Shown here piece after piece: positions 8,813-17,091 of a stretch of DNA of 22,086 nt (positions are counted from its first letter, which is position 1; each line of letters opens with the position of its first letter). The notes beneath the pieces were generated by a model. That model had not been told where the DNA came from. It did no database searches and saw only the letters and a program-made list of their open reading frames with translations. The translations under genes and the position numbers were made by a program. Location of the stretch: assembly GCA_043750125.1 (NCBI GenBank), contig JAYVCD010000180.1, positions 1 through 22,086 on the forward strand, read 5' to 3'. The DNA is from Archangiaceae bacterium. Its GTDB lineage: Bacteria > Myxococcota > Myxococcia > Myxococcales > Myxococcaceae.

Positions 8813-9726
8813 TTTTGAAACCTCCAGCACCGGTGTACGGGGCGACGAAAATCTTCAGGCAGCGACTTCGGAGTCAGCTCTTCCTCAGCGTTCAATGCGG
8901 CATCCAACTCGAACCCCAGAAAGTTGGTCGAAAAATACATCGTACCGCCCGGAGCCAACAGCGCCCCCACACTCTGAATCAAGTGTCGGTGGTCGCGCTG
9001 AATGTCCCACGTCCGGTCCATCTTCTTCGAGGACGAGAATGACGGGGGGTCGACGATCGCCAGGTCAAACGGGCCGCGCGCGGTGGCCAGCCACTGCAGC
9101 ACGTCGGCGCGAATCACCGAGTGTTGAGGACCCGGCTCGAAGCCATTGAGTCGAAGGTTGCGCTCGGCCCAATCGCCGTAGGTGTTCGACAAGTCGACGG
9201 TGGTCGTCTGGCTCGCCCCGCCCGCCGCGGCGTAGACGGTGAAGCTGCCGGTGTACGCGAAGAGGTTCAGCACCCGCTTCCCGTCGGCCTCGTCCCGGAC
9301 CCGCGCGCGGGTGTTTCGGTGATCGAGGAAGAGCCCGGTGTCGAGGTAGTCGGACAAGTTGACCTCGAACTTCAACCCGTTTTCCTGCACCCCGAAGGTC
9401 GCCTGCGCGGAAGCCTGCTTCTCGTACTGGGCCCGCCCCCACGGCAGCCGCTCGTGGGTCTTGGTGTAGATGCGCTCGGCCGGCACCCCGAGCACCTTTT
9501 CGACCGCCGCGACCACTTCGGCCCGCTGGCTCTGGGCGGTGCCGTCTCGCAGGGCAGCTCGCCGTGGGTATTCCATCAGGTGAACGCGATCGAGGTACGC
9601 GTCGACGGCGAACGGGTAGTCGGGCATGTCGAGGTCGTAGATCCGAAACGCCTCGAGTCCCCGGCGCCGGGCCCACTTCGACCAGTGGCGCCCATTCTTC
9701 GCCAGCCGGTTTTCGAACGCGGACAT
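8809..9726 (-). CDS. Stand-alone RlmK-like rRNA methyltransferase (resembles the C-terminal m7G2069 domain of RlmKL)
   Basis: FENRLAKN..W.KWA...RIYDLDMPDY, QYEK, VNLSDYLDTGLFLDHR, LNLFAYTGSF, VDLSNTY, DPPSFSSSKKM and DIQRDH are all characteristic of the RlmKL C-terminal half. Confidence 0.88.
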   Translation of the reverse strand: MSAFENRLAKNGRHWSKWARRRGLEAFRIYDLDMPDYPFAVDAYLDRVHLMEYPRRAALRDGTAQSQRAEVVAAVEKVLGVPAERIYTKTHERLPWGRAQYEKQASAQATFGVQENGLKFEVNLSDYLDTGLFLDHRNTRARVRDEADGKRVLNLFAYTGSFTVYAAAGGASQTTTVDLSNTYGDWAERNLRLNGFEPGPQHSVIRADVLQWLATARGPFDLAIVDPPSFSSSKKMDRTWDIQRDHRHLIQSVGALLAPGGTMYFSTNFLGFELDAALNAEEELTPKSLPEDFRRPVHRCWRFQK

Positions 9727-9740
9727 CGAAGCGGTGGCCG

Positions 9741-10052
9741 TCAATGCGTGACGCGAATCGACCGGCGAATGCGCGCGTGCAGCTCGGCCGCGGGGCTTCT
9801 CCCGATGATCAACTCCAACGTTCCGTCCGGGTGGGGCGGGGGCAGGGTGGCGACGATCAGCTCCTCGAATTCCACCGGCGCTGGCGCCTTCTCGAGCACC
9901 TGCCGGGTCAGACCCACCGTCGCCAGGCGGCCTTTGTCGGGTGAGGCTTCGAGCATCGGCCGCTGCATCAGGGCAAAGGGACCCAGCTGCGTCGCAAAAG
10001 CAACCTCATCGAGCCTGCGGGCCAATTCGGACAATTCGCGAACGCGCAACAT
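9741..10052 (-). pseudogene. Truncated myxobacterial FHA-domain protein
   Basis: The N-terminus (MLRVRELSELARRLDEVAFATQLGPFALMQRP...EFEELIVATLPP) resembles myxobacterial FHA proteins. The FHA start 'IIGRSP' is followed almost directly by 'HARIR'. The SxxH lead-in and the STNGT motif are missing, and the ORF then stops. Confidence 0.6.
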
Positions 10053-10111
10053 GGCTCAAACTGTACGACTACGGCTTCCGCGTCACTGTGTTTTGTGGTG
10101 TGTCGGCACGC

Positions 10112-11254
10112 ATGCGCTTCGACACCGACGCCATCCACGCAGGCCAGCACCCCGACCCTTCCACCGGCGCCATCATGACCCCGGTCTACTTGAGCTCGAC
10201 CTACGTGCAAGACGGGCCGGGCGAGCACAAGGGGTACGAATACTCGCGCACCAAGAACCCCACCCGGGTCGCGCTCGAAGCCTGCCTCGCCGCGCTCGAA
10301 GGGGCCAAATACGGGGCGGCGTTTGCCTCGGGCTGTGCGGCCGCGGACATGCTGATGCACCACCTGGAAGTCGGCGATCACGTCGTCTGTTCCGACGATC
10401 TCTACGGGGGCACGTTTCGGCTCTTCGACAAGGTCTTCAAGCGCCACGGGCTGAGCTTCACCTACGTCGATCTCTCGGATCTCTCGAACCTCGAAAAGGC
10501 GATCACTCCCAAGACGAAGATGCTGTGGGTCGAGACGCCCACCAACCCGATGCTCAAGCTGGTGGACCTCGCGCGCGCCGGTGAGATCGCCAAGAAGCAC
10601 AAGCTCATCTCGGTGGCCGACAACACGTTCATGACCCCGTACTTCCAGCGCCCGTTGGACTTCGGCTTCGATTTCGTCACCCACTCGACGACCAAGTACC
10701 TCAACGGTCACTCGGACGTGGTCGGCGGCTTCGCCTGCACCTCGAACAAGGATCTCGCCGACAAGATGTACTTTCTGCAGAACGCGATTGGCGGAGTGCA
10801 GGGTCCGATGGATTCGTTTCTCATCCTGCGCGGGGTGAAGACGCTGCACGTCCGAATGGATCGCCACGAAAAGAACGCCGCGAAGATCGCCGCGTACCTG
10901 CTCACCCAACCGAAGGCCACCCGGGTGAATTGGCCGGGCCTCGAGACCCACCCCCAGCACAAACTGGCCCGGACCCAGATGAAGGGCTTCGGAGGAATGA
11001 TGACCTTCGACATCAAGGGAGGCCTCGAGGCGGCCCGGAAGTTCTTGAAGACCACCAAGGTCTTCTCGTGCGCCGAATCGCTGGGAGGCGTCGAGTCGCT
11101 GATCGAGCACCCGGCGATCATGACCCACGCGTCGGTTCCGAAAGAGAACCGCGAGAAGCTGGGCATCACCGACGGGCTGATTCGGCTTTCGGTGGGGATA
11201 GAAGACGCGCAAGACCTGATCGAAGATTTGGAGCAGGCGCTGAAAGTTGCCTGA
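10112..11254 (+). CDS. Cystathionine gamma-lyase/gamma-synthase (Cys/Met metabolism PLP enzyme, MetB/MccB-like)
   Basis: YEYSRTKNPTR, FASG, ETPTNP, DNTF, HSTTKYLNGHSD (PLP lysine), AESLGGVESL and RLSVGIE. Start is ATG 10112. Confidence 0.95.
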   Translation: MRFDTDAIHAGQHPDPSTGAIMTPVYLSSTYVQDGPGEHKGYEYSRTKNPTRVALEACLAALEGAKYGAAFASGCAAADMLMHHLEVGDHVVCSDDLYGGTFRLFDKVFKRHGLSFTYVDLSDLSNLEKAITPKTKMLWVETPTNPMLKLVDLARAGEIAKKHKLISVADNTFMTPYFQRPLDFGFDFVTHSTTKYLNGHSDVVGGFACTSNKDLADKMYFLQNAIGGVQGPMDSFLILRGVKTLHVRMDRHEKNAAKIAAYLLTQPKATRVNWPGLETHPQHKLARTQMKGFGGMMTFDIKGGLEAARKFLKTTKVFSCAESLGGVESLIEHPAIMTHASVPKENREKLGITDGLIRLSVGIEDAQDLIEDLEQALKVA

Positions 11255-11267
11255 CCGAGATCTTCGG

Positions 11268-13082
11268 ATGCTCTTTCCCCTGTTGCTCGTCGTCGCTGTC
11301 AGTCCCCCCCTGCCTAAAGAATGCGAGCAACCTCCGCCGCGGGAAGTGGCTCCGATCAAAGAGCTCGCCAACCTCGACGGAGCCTTTTCTGCCGGCCTCG
11401 ACGCGGTGGCCACCTGGTGTTTCGACAGCGCGGGCGGCTGGAACGCCGGCGCTTTGGGGAAGCCGAAAAAGCCGATCTCTCCTGACGCGCCGCCTCAGGG
11501 CGATTGCCTCAAAGCGATCGCTTCCTGCGAGGGGACCTTCGAGACGGTGAAGAACAAGGCGCCTCTTCGCGAGCTGGTGGCCAACGCGCTGCTCGATTTT
11601 GAGCGTCCCTACCGCGGGAAGAAATACGTGCCCCGCAGATCCGGGCTCAAAGAGGTTCCTTCCGAAGCCGCCAATTGCCGCAGCAAGAGCCGCACCGAGC
11701 TGTTTGCGATGGCCCAGCAGCGCATGGACGTAGCCCGCCTGAGCTCCCAGGTGCTCAACGAGTACGCCAACTTCAAGACGTGGCTCTTCGCGCGGGGGCT
11801 CGAGTGCCGCAACGACGTGGCCGCCGGAGTGAAGGCAGATCCCACCCGCTCCCAGCTGTCGATCGACTCGACCGTCGAACCGGCGCCGGTGCTCGCGCCG
11901 AAAGACCCGGACACCGTGGCGGCACTGAAGGCTCCGATGGTCGACAAATGGAAATACTTCTCGAAGCTGCAGGCGAAAGTCGAAGCCGATCGCGACTACA
12001 CCCTGGGCTTCCTCGCCTCGCGCGAGCTGCGCGGCTGCGACTGCACCCGGGTGAATCCTGCCGCGGTGGTCCGCGCGCTCGAAAAGAAAGAAGGCGGAGA
12101 AGCCGGAGTGGCGCTGCTCACCTCGGAAGACCCTTCCAACACCCGCTGCGCGGTCTGCATGTTCGAAGTCTTCGGGCCGTGGTCCGCCCGGGCCCAGAAA
12201 CAATGCACGTCGCTTCAGACCGCCACCGACGCCGAGGTTGCCCGGCTCGAGAAGTCCGACGACGCCAGCGGCCTTCCTCCCCGTTGCTTTGAAGAGCCGA
12301 AGGTCAAACGCGCCGAGCTGGCCCGGGCCGCAGCAGCTGCCGCCGAGGCGAAGGCGCCCCAGGGCAGGGTGCCTGCGAGCTTCGATGCGGGTGGAACTTC
12401 CCTCGCGCTCGCGCCGTCCGGCGTTTCCCGCCCCGTCCCCGCTCCGACCGGAGTTCAGCCCGCGGCGATTCCGCTCTCCGCCACGGGTCCCGACGCAGGC
12501 GTGCAGCTGGCCGCAGCGTCGGGTCCCAACCCCAACCTCCAGACCGTCGATGGGTACACCTACTACCGGCCTCAAGGGACTGGCAGCCTCGCCGGCGGAA
12601 ACAACGCCGCCGCCGGAAACCCGACCGTCGCCAACAACGCAGCCGTCGGCAGCAACCCCGCGGTCGGCACCAGCCCTTCGGTCGGAGGCACGCGCCCGGG
12701 CGGCGGTCCTGCGGGCACGCCGGCCCCCGCACCGACGGGCACCCCGGCTCCGGTTGCCAACACTTTGACCGGACCGGGGACGCCGACCGGGCCGCTGGGC
12801 TACGTCGCTCCCAACACCTGGGCTCCGATTCCCCAGCGCGAAGACGGGCGCATCTACGTTCGGCTCTTCATGAGCAGCTCGTGCGTCGCCGAGGTCGAGC
12901 CCGGACCGCTGCAGGCGCGCACCGGAGATCTGCTGCTGCTTCCGTTCGAAGCCAGGGCGCTGCAGGTGAAGAGCCCGTGCGGCGGGCTGGCCGAGGTGTA
13001 CTTCGGTCGCGAGGCGCGCCCGCGAGTGTCTGAAAATTTCGGAAGCAATCGGCCGCTGAAGTTCGAGTTCAAGCGCCAGTGA
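11268..13082 (+). CDS. Hypothetical secreted protein: Cys-containing helical N-domain, long Pro/Ala/Gly/Thr linker, small beta-rich C-terminal domain
   Basis: Long ORF with native codon usage and a hydrophobic N-terminus MLFPLLLVVAVSP. The stop overlaps the next start (GTGA). Confidence 0.8.
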   Translation: MLFPLLLVVAVSPPLPKECEQPPPREVAPIKELANLDGAFSAGLDAVATWCFDSAGGWNAGALGKPKKPISPDAPPQGDCLKAIASCEGTFETVKNKAPLRELVANALLDFERPYRGKKYVPRRSGLKEVPSEAANCRSKSRTELFAMAQQRMDVARLSSQVLNEYANFKTWLFARGLECRNDVAAGVKADPTRSQLSIDSTVEPAPVLAPKDPDTVAALKAPMVDKWKYFSKLQAKVEADRDYTLGFLASRELRGCDCTRVNPAAVVRALEKKEGGEAGVALLTSEDPSNTRCAVCMFEVFGPWSARAQKQCTSLQTATDAEVARLEKSDDASGLPPRCFEEPKVKRAELARAAAAAAEAKAPQGRVPASFDAGGTSLALAPSGVSRPVPAPTGVQPAAIPLSATGPDAGVQLAAASGPNPNLQTVDGYTYYRPQGTGSLAGGNNAAAGNPTVANNAAVGSNPAVGTSPSVGGTRPGGGPAGTPAPAPTGTPAPVANTLTGPGTPTGPLGYVAPNTWAPIPQREDGRIYVRLFMSSSCVAEVEPGPLQARTGDLLLLPFEARALQVKSPCGGLAEVYFGREARPRVSENFGSNRPLKFEFKRQ

Positions 13083-13621
13083 CCCCCAGTCACGACATCA
13101 GTGGGCGGCTGATCGCCGGGCTGTTCGACAAAGGGCTCGCCGGCTCGGTGACTCCCGAGCTCGAGGCTCGCCTCGTCGCGGAAGGAATCGACCTGAAGAA
13201 TCTCAAGCTGGCGTACCCCTGTCCGGTCTGGGTGCGCGGCCTCGAGGTCACCGCGTCCGAGCTGTACGCGGGCGAGGTGCTCAGCGACGCGCTTCACAAG
13301 CTGGGCGCGCGGGTGGTCAAGACGCTCAAAGAGAAGGGCGTGGTCAAAGGGCCGATGATCACGATGGGGAAGTTCATGGGACCCAAACGGGTGCTCAAAC
13401 AGCTCCACAACCAGCCGGTGCGCGGTGCCGATTTCCTGCGCATCGAAGTGGTCGAGAAGGGCAAGCAGCACCTCGAGCTGCACTTCAACGATGGAGCGAT
13501 CGGCGACTTCATCGCCGGCGCCCTCGAGGCGGTGGTCGAGCTGCTCGGCGGCCGTCAGCCGACCGTCCACGCCACGCTCACCACTCCGGAACAATGCATT
13601 CTCGACCTGGCGTGGGTTTGA
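13079..13621 (+). CDS. DUF2378 / TIGR02265 Myxococcales-family protein
   Basis: 'GLF.KGL...TPEL.ARL...GIDL..L..AYP..VW...L....LY......A...LG' and 'GPKRVL' match the family pattern; length 180 aa. Confidence 0.8.
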   Translation: MTPSHDISGRLIAGLFDKGLAGSVTPELEARLVAEGIDLKNLKLAYPCPVWVRGLEVTASELYAGEVLSDALHKLGARVVKTLKEKGVVKGPMITMGKFMGPKRVLKQLHNQPVRGADFLRIEVVEKGKQHLELHFNDGAIGDFIAGALEAVVELLGGRQPTVHATLTTPEQCILDLAWV

Positions 13622-13657
13622 GCCGATGAGCTGCCATTTGCGGTAGACGTCCGGCCC

Positions 13658-14296
13658 ATGGGCTCAATCCTTTATTACGCGCGCGGTGCCTGTTCCTGGG
13701 CGCCGCACATGGTGCTCGAAGAAATCGGTGAACCTTTCATCGCGCGTCGCATCGACGCGGCGAAGGGCGAGAACCGCACCCCCGACTATCTGAAGCTCCA
13801 CCCGCGCGCTCACGTGCCGGTGCTGGTGCAGGGCGACTTCGTCCTCACCGAGGCGGCGGCGATCATGGTGCACCTCGCCGATACCCACCGGGACAAGAAT
13901 TTGATTCCGGCCCCCGGGACGAAGGAACGGGCGAGGGTGCACGAGTGGTGTGGCTTCCTCTCGAGCGCGGTGCACGTCGCCTTCCGGAACTCGCTTCGTC
14001 CCGAGCGGAACAGCGATGACCCGTCAGCGTTCGCCGGGATCAAGGCCCACGGCCGCGCCACGCTCGAGAAGCATTACGCCGAGATTGAACAGCGATTGGT
14101 CGGTCCGTGGGCCCTGGGCTCCGACTACTCGATCGTAGACCCCTACCTGTTGGTGATGAACCGGTGGGGCTACCGAACCCAGCTCGACATGACGCGCTAC
14201 CCCCGCTGGACCGTGCACGCTGCCGCCGTCGCCGCGCGGCCGGCGGTGATGCGTTCGATGGCGACGGAGGAAATTACGACGACTGGAATGATGTAG
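13658..14296 (+). CDS. Glutathione S-transferase (bacterial beta-class-like)
   Basis: LYYARGACSWAPH (active-site Cys), HPRAHVPVL, LTEAAAI and YSIVDPYL; length 212 aa. Confidence 0.92.
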   Translation: MGSILYYARGACSWAPHMVLEEIGEPFIARRIDAAKGENRTPDYLKLHPRAHVPVLVQGDFVLTEAAAIMVHLADTHRDKNLIPAPGTKERARVHEWCGFLSSAVHVAFRNSLRPERNSDDPSAFAGIKAHGRATLEKHYAEIEQRLVGPWALGSDYSIVDPYLLVMNRWGYRTQLDMTRYPRWTVHAAAVAARPAVMRSMATEEITTTGMM

Positions 14297-14301
14297 CGCG
14301 C

Positions 14302-17091
14302 CTACTGCAACTCGAAGCTCCACTCGGGGGGCTGCGGCTTGATTCCGAAGACCTCCTCGAACCAGCTCGCAGTGCCAGGAAAGAAGAACCGATGGTACGT
14401 CGCGATGCGCGGTCTGTTGAGGTTCGCAGCCGTTGGGCACCTGCCCGCCCCGCTCGTATTCTCGGCGGCATGCAGCGCCAGTCCGATCGGGCCGAAGGGA
14501 CTGCAGAAGACATCTCCGTTGCCCCCCGGGTAGACCATCACGAACGCGGTGGTGTCGCAGTCCAATGGAAGCTTGGCATCGCCGGTCAGGTTGACCGGTT
14601 TTCCAGCGAGGCTGATCGGCCGCACGTCGGTGCTCGCAAACCCGGTTGCAATCGAGAGCTCGATGAAGTTCGCCGTCGGAATCTGGGTCTGCGGCGCGCC
14701 GTTGTCGGCGTCAATCGTCTGCACCCGCGTCATCTTGTAGGTCGCGTTCGTGCACGGAGTCCCACTGAAGCTCTCGCTGCAGAGGGTGCGGTCTTCGCTG
14801 AGGTTCTCCTCGCGGGGGATGCTGAAGTCACAGCTGTTGGTGATCGTCGGCGCCAGGTTGCTGCGAATCGGCCAGACGATCAGCCGCTGAAGATAGAAGG
14901 CCCCTGCGGTGGTGAACACCCCCAGAAAGAGCGAGCCCGAGGCCCGGACCGCATCCAGCAACGGCACTCCCATGTCCGGCACGTAGAAGTCCCTCAAGTC
15001 GAGCTGCGCTTCGAAGGTGACCGCCTCATCGACTTCGTCCTTCGTGCCCGCTTCCCTCACCCAGTGTCCGGGGCCAATCTGCTTCAGGTGAGAGCCGGTC
15101 AAAGCCAGTTGGCTCTTCACCGCGAGCACCGGCTTGAAGTCCTGCCTGGCCGCAATGCGAGGGTAGGAAAACAACATCACCTCTGAGATGCGGGTGTCCT
15201 CGGCCATGATCGCCTTCAAGCGGGTGTCGGCCGGGTTTCCGAGGATGTCGACCTGGGCGGGCAGCATCTCGAACTTCCCGGTGACGCGCTGGAAGATTGG
15301 GTTGCGGTAGCTGCCGTTTTCGACCCGGTTCGAACAGCTCGAGGTGCTGCAGTTGCCGGTGGCGTTGATCAACGGCGCCGTAGTGTCGAAGCCCGCAGTC
15401 TGCTTCACCAACACGATGCCGTTCGGAATCACCACGCTGAACTGCAGCGGAGTGCGGTGGTCCCCTTCTCCCAGGTGCGCGGAGACCAGCACTGCCAGAT
15501 GGGAGTCGGCTTCAAACGCCGCGCGCTCGGGCCAGGTGACGGTGACCAGCTGGGTGTCGACCTGCTGCCCGGGCGGGACATCGAAGCCTTTTCCAAAGGA
15601 GGGCGCGATGACGTAAATCGGCTCTTCTTTGAGGGGCGGGCGGGCGCCTTCCAACGGGTGAATCCCCACCACTTGCACCGCATCGACATGCCAGGTGATC
15701 GAGTGGGGGCCCGAGGCGGGCCACAGGTTCCACAGACGAACTCCCAGCTTCAGCGGATCGCCGTCGGCGCCGGTGATGAGCTCGGCGCGCGCCGGCTGCA
15801 ACGCCAGGGACAAAACGCTTTGCGCATAGCCGTGCGCGCGGGCCATCAACGGATCCTCGTACTGGGCCCAGCTGGGGTAATCGAGCGCCTTCCCGGGCTG
15901 AACGAAAAGATCCGTAGCGATCGGGCTGACCGGAAGACTCCCCGGCTGGCTCGAATAGTGATGGTTCGAAAGATTGGCGAGCTTCGGCCACGGATACTCG
16001 ACCGAGTTCAGACGCACCACCAGGCCAGGGATCAACGTTGGCACTCCGATCATGCCGGGAGCGATGCGCCAACCACGCTTGAACCCCTGCCCCAACTCAT
16101 CGGGGATGGTGGTGAAGTCATAAGGAGGAATGGGAACGTCGGCGACTTTGATCAGCCGGTTCCAGGCGAGGAAGTTGGCGTTGACGAACTCGTCGAGCCC
16201 AGCCGGATCGGTCGAAGACCAGGTCACCTCGGGGGCTCCAGAATAGACATCGCGATCCCAGAGGGCGCGCAGGCCGCCGGTGTCGATGAGCTTCACCGGA
16301 AACTCGACCCACGGCTTCTTGAAGCTCCCAAACATGTCTTTGCGCGATCGCGCCATGTGCTCTTCCCAGCCATCCCCCGGGTGGGGCAGATCGCGGGCGT
16401 GGTCGGGGACGGTGTTGTCTTCGACCAGGTGCTGGACCTGGCCGAGCGAACGGAACGCGGCCGCGAGCGCGGATCTCCGACGAACTGGGTCTCGGCTGAG
16501 AAACGCGGTGTGGAACGATCGCCCCACCGTCGGCCAACCCCAGAAATTCGCGCCGTTGCTTGATCCGCCGCTGGTTCCATTCATCACCCAACGGGTGACC
16601 GAGATGCCCTTTCGCAACAGATCGATGAACGGCAACCCGCTGGCGTCGTCGGCGGCGGTGATTCCGGTGTAACCGCCTTCGCCGGTCAACGGGTCATGGA
16701 AGTGATTGACCGCCCTTCGGCCTCCCCACTTCATCGCACCTTTCATGTCTCGAAAGCCGTCTTCCCAAAGGCCGCCCTGGGCGTTCCATTCCTGGAGCGT
16801 CATTTCAACCGTAGGTGCGTCGTCCGGTGTGTCAGTTGCGATTGTGTTGCCTTTGGAAAACAACTGCACGCCCTTCACCTGCGTTTTTTCGGGATCATTG
16901 ATGTACAGGCATTGCATCAGGTAGTCGTCTGGATGCAGCACGGTGCGCGAGCCGCGAATGAAGCCTTCGCGCCACGGCTTTCCTGCCGTGAAGACCTGGG
17001 TATTGAGGTCCACGTGGTTGGGGGCCCAGTAGCCCCAGGCAGCCGCAGACCACACCCCAACGAGAACGGAAATGAGCGGGCGCACGGTCAC
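14302..17091 (-). CDS. Large secreted protein with an N-terminal Zn-dependent phospholipase C / P1-S1 nuclease-like domain and an unknown beta-rich, Cys-containing C-terminal region
   Basis: Signal peptide ending AAAWG, then YWAPNH (H26), WED (D111), NHFHDP (H130), LGQVQHLVEDNTVPDHARDLPH (H221, D225, H231, H237) and WEE (E243/244). GTG 17091 overlaps the upstream stop. The CDS is secure; the function is inferred. Confidence 0.7.
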   Translation of the reverse strand: MTVRPLISVLVGVWSAAAWGYWAPNHVDLNTQVFTAGKPWREGFIRGSRTVLHPDDYLMQCLYINDPEKTQVKGVQLFSKGNTIATDTPDDAPTVEMTLQEWNAQGGLWEDGFRDMKGAMKWGGRRAVNHFHDPLTGEGGYTGITAADDASGLPFIDLLRKGISVTRWVMNGTSGGSSNGANFWGWPTVGRSFHTAFLSRDPVRRRSALAAAFRSLGQVQHLVEDNTVPDHARDLPHPGDGWEEHMARSRKDMFGSFKKPWVEFPVKLIDTGGLRALWDRDVYSGAPEVTWSSTDPAGLDEFVNANFLAWNRLIKVADVPIPPYDFTTIPDELGQGFKRGWRIAPGMIGVPTLIPGLVVRLNSVEYPWPKLANLSNHHYSSQPGSLPVSPIATDLFVQPGKALDYPSWAQYEDPLMARAHGYAQSVLSLALQPARAELITGADGDPLKLGVRLWNLWPASGPHSITWHVDAVQVVGIHPLEGARPPLKEEPIYVIAPSFGKGFDVPPGQQVDTQLVTVTWPERAAFEADSHLAVLVSAHLGEGDHRTPLQFSVVIPNGIVLVKQTAGFDTTAPLINATGNCSTSSCSNRVENGSYRNPIFQRVTGKFEMLPAQVDILGNPADTRLKAIMAEDTRISEVMLFSYPRIAARQDFKPVLAVKSQLALTGSHLKQIGPGHWVREAGTKDEVDEAVTFEAQLDLRDFYVPDMGVPLLDAVRASGSLFLGVFTTAGAFYLQRLIVWPIRSNLAPTITNSCDFSIPREENLSEDRTLCSESFSGTPCTNATYKMTRVQTIDADNGAPQTQIPTANFIELSIATGFASTDVRPISLAGKPVNLTGDAKLPLDCDTTAFVMVYPGGNGDVFCSPFGPIGLALHAAENTSGAGRCPTAANLNRPRIATYHRFFFPGTASWFEEVFGIKPQPPEWSFELQ

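Noticed and set aside
9121-12575. Long alternative ORFs 9121..10584(+), 9968..11413(-) and 11166..12575(-)
   Set aside because: They overlap well-supported genes in other frames or strands and have Arg/Gly-rich shadow composition.
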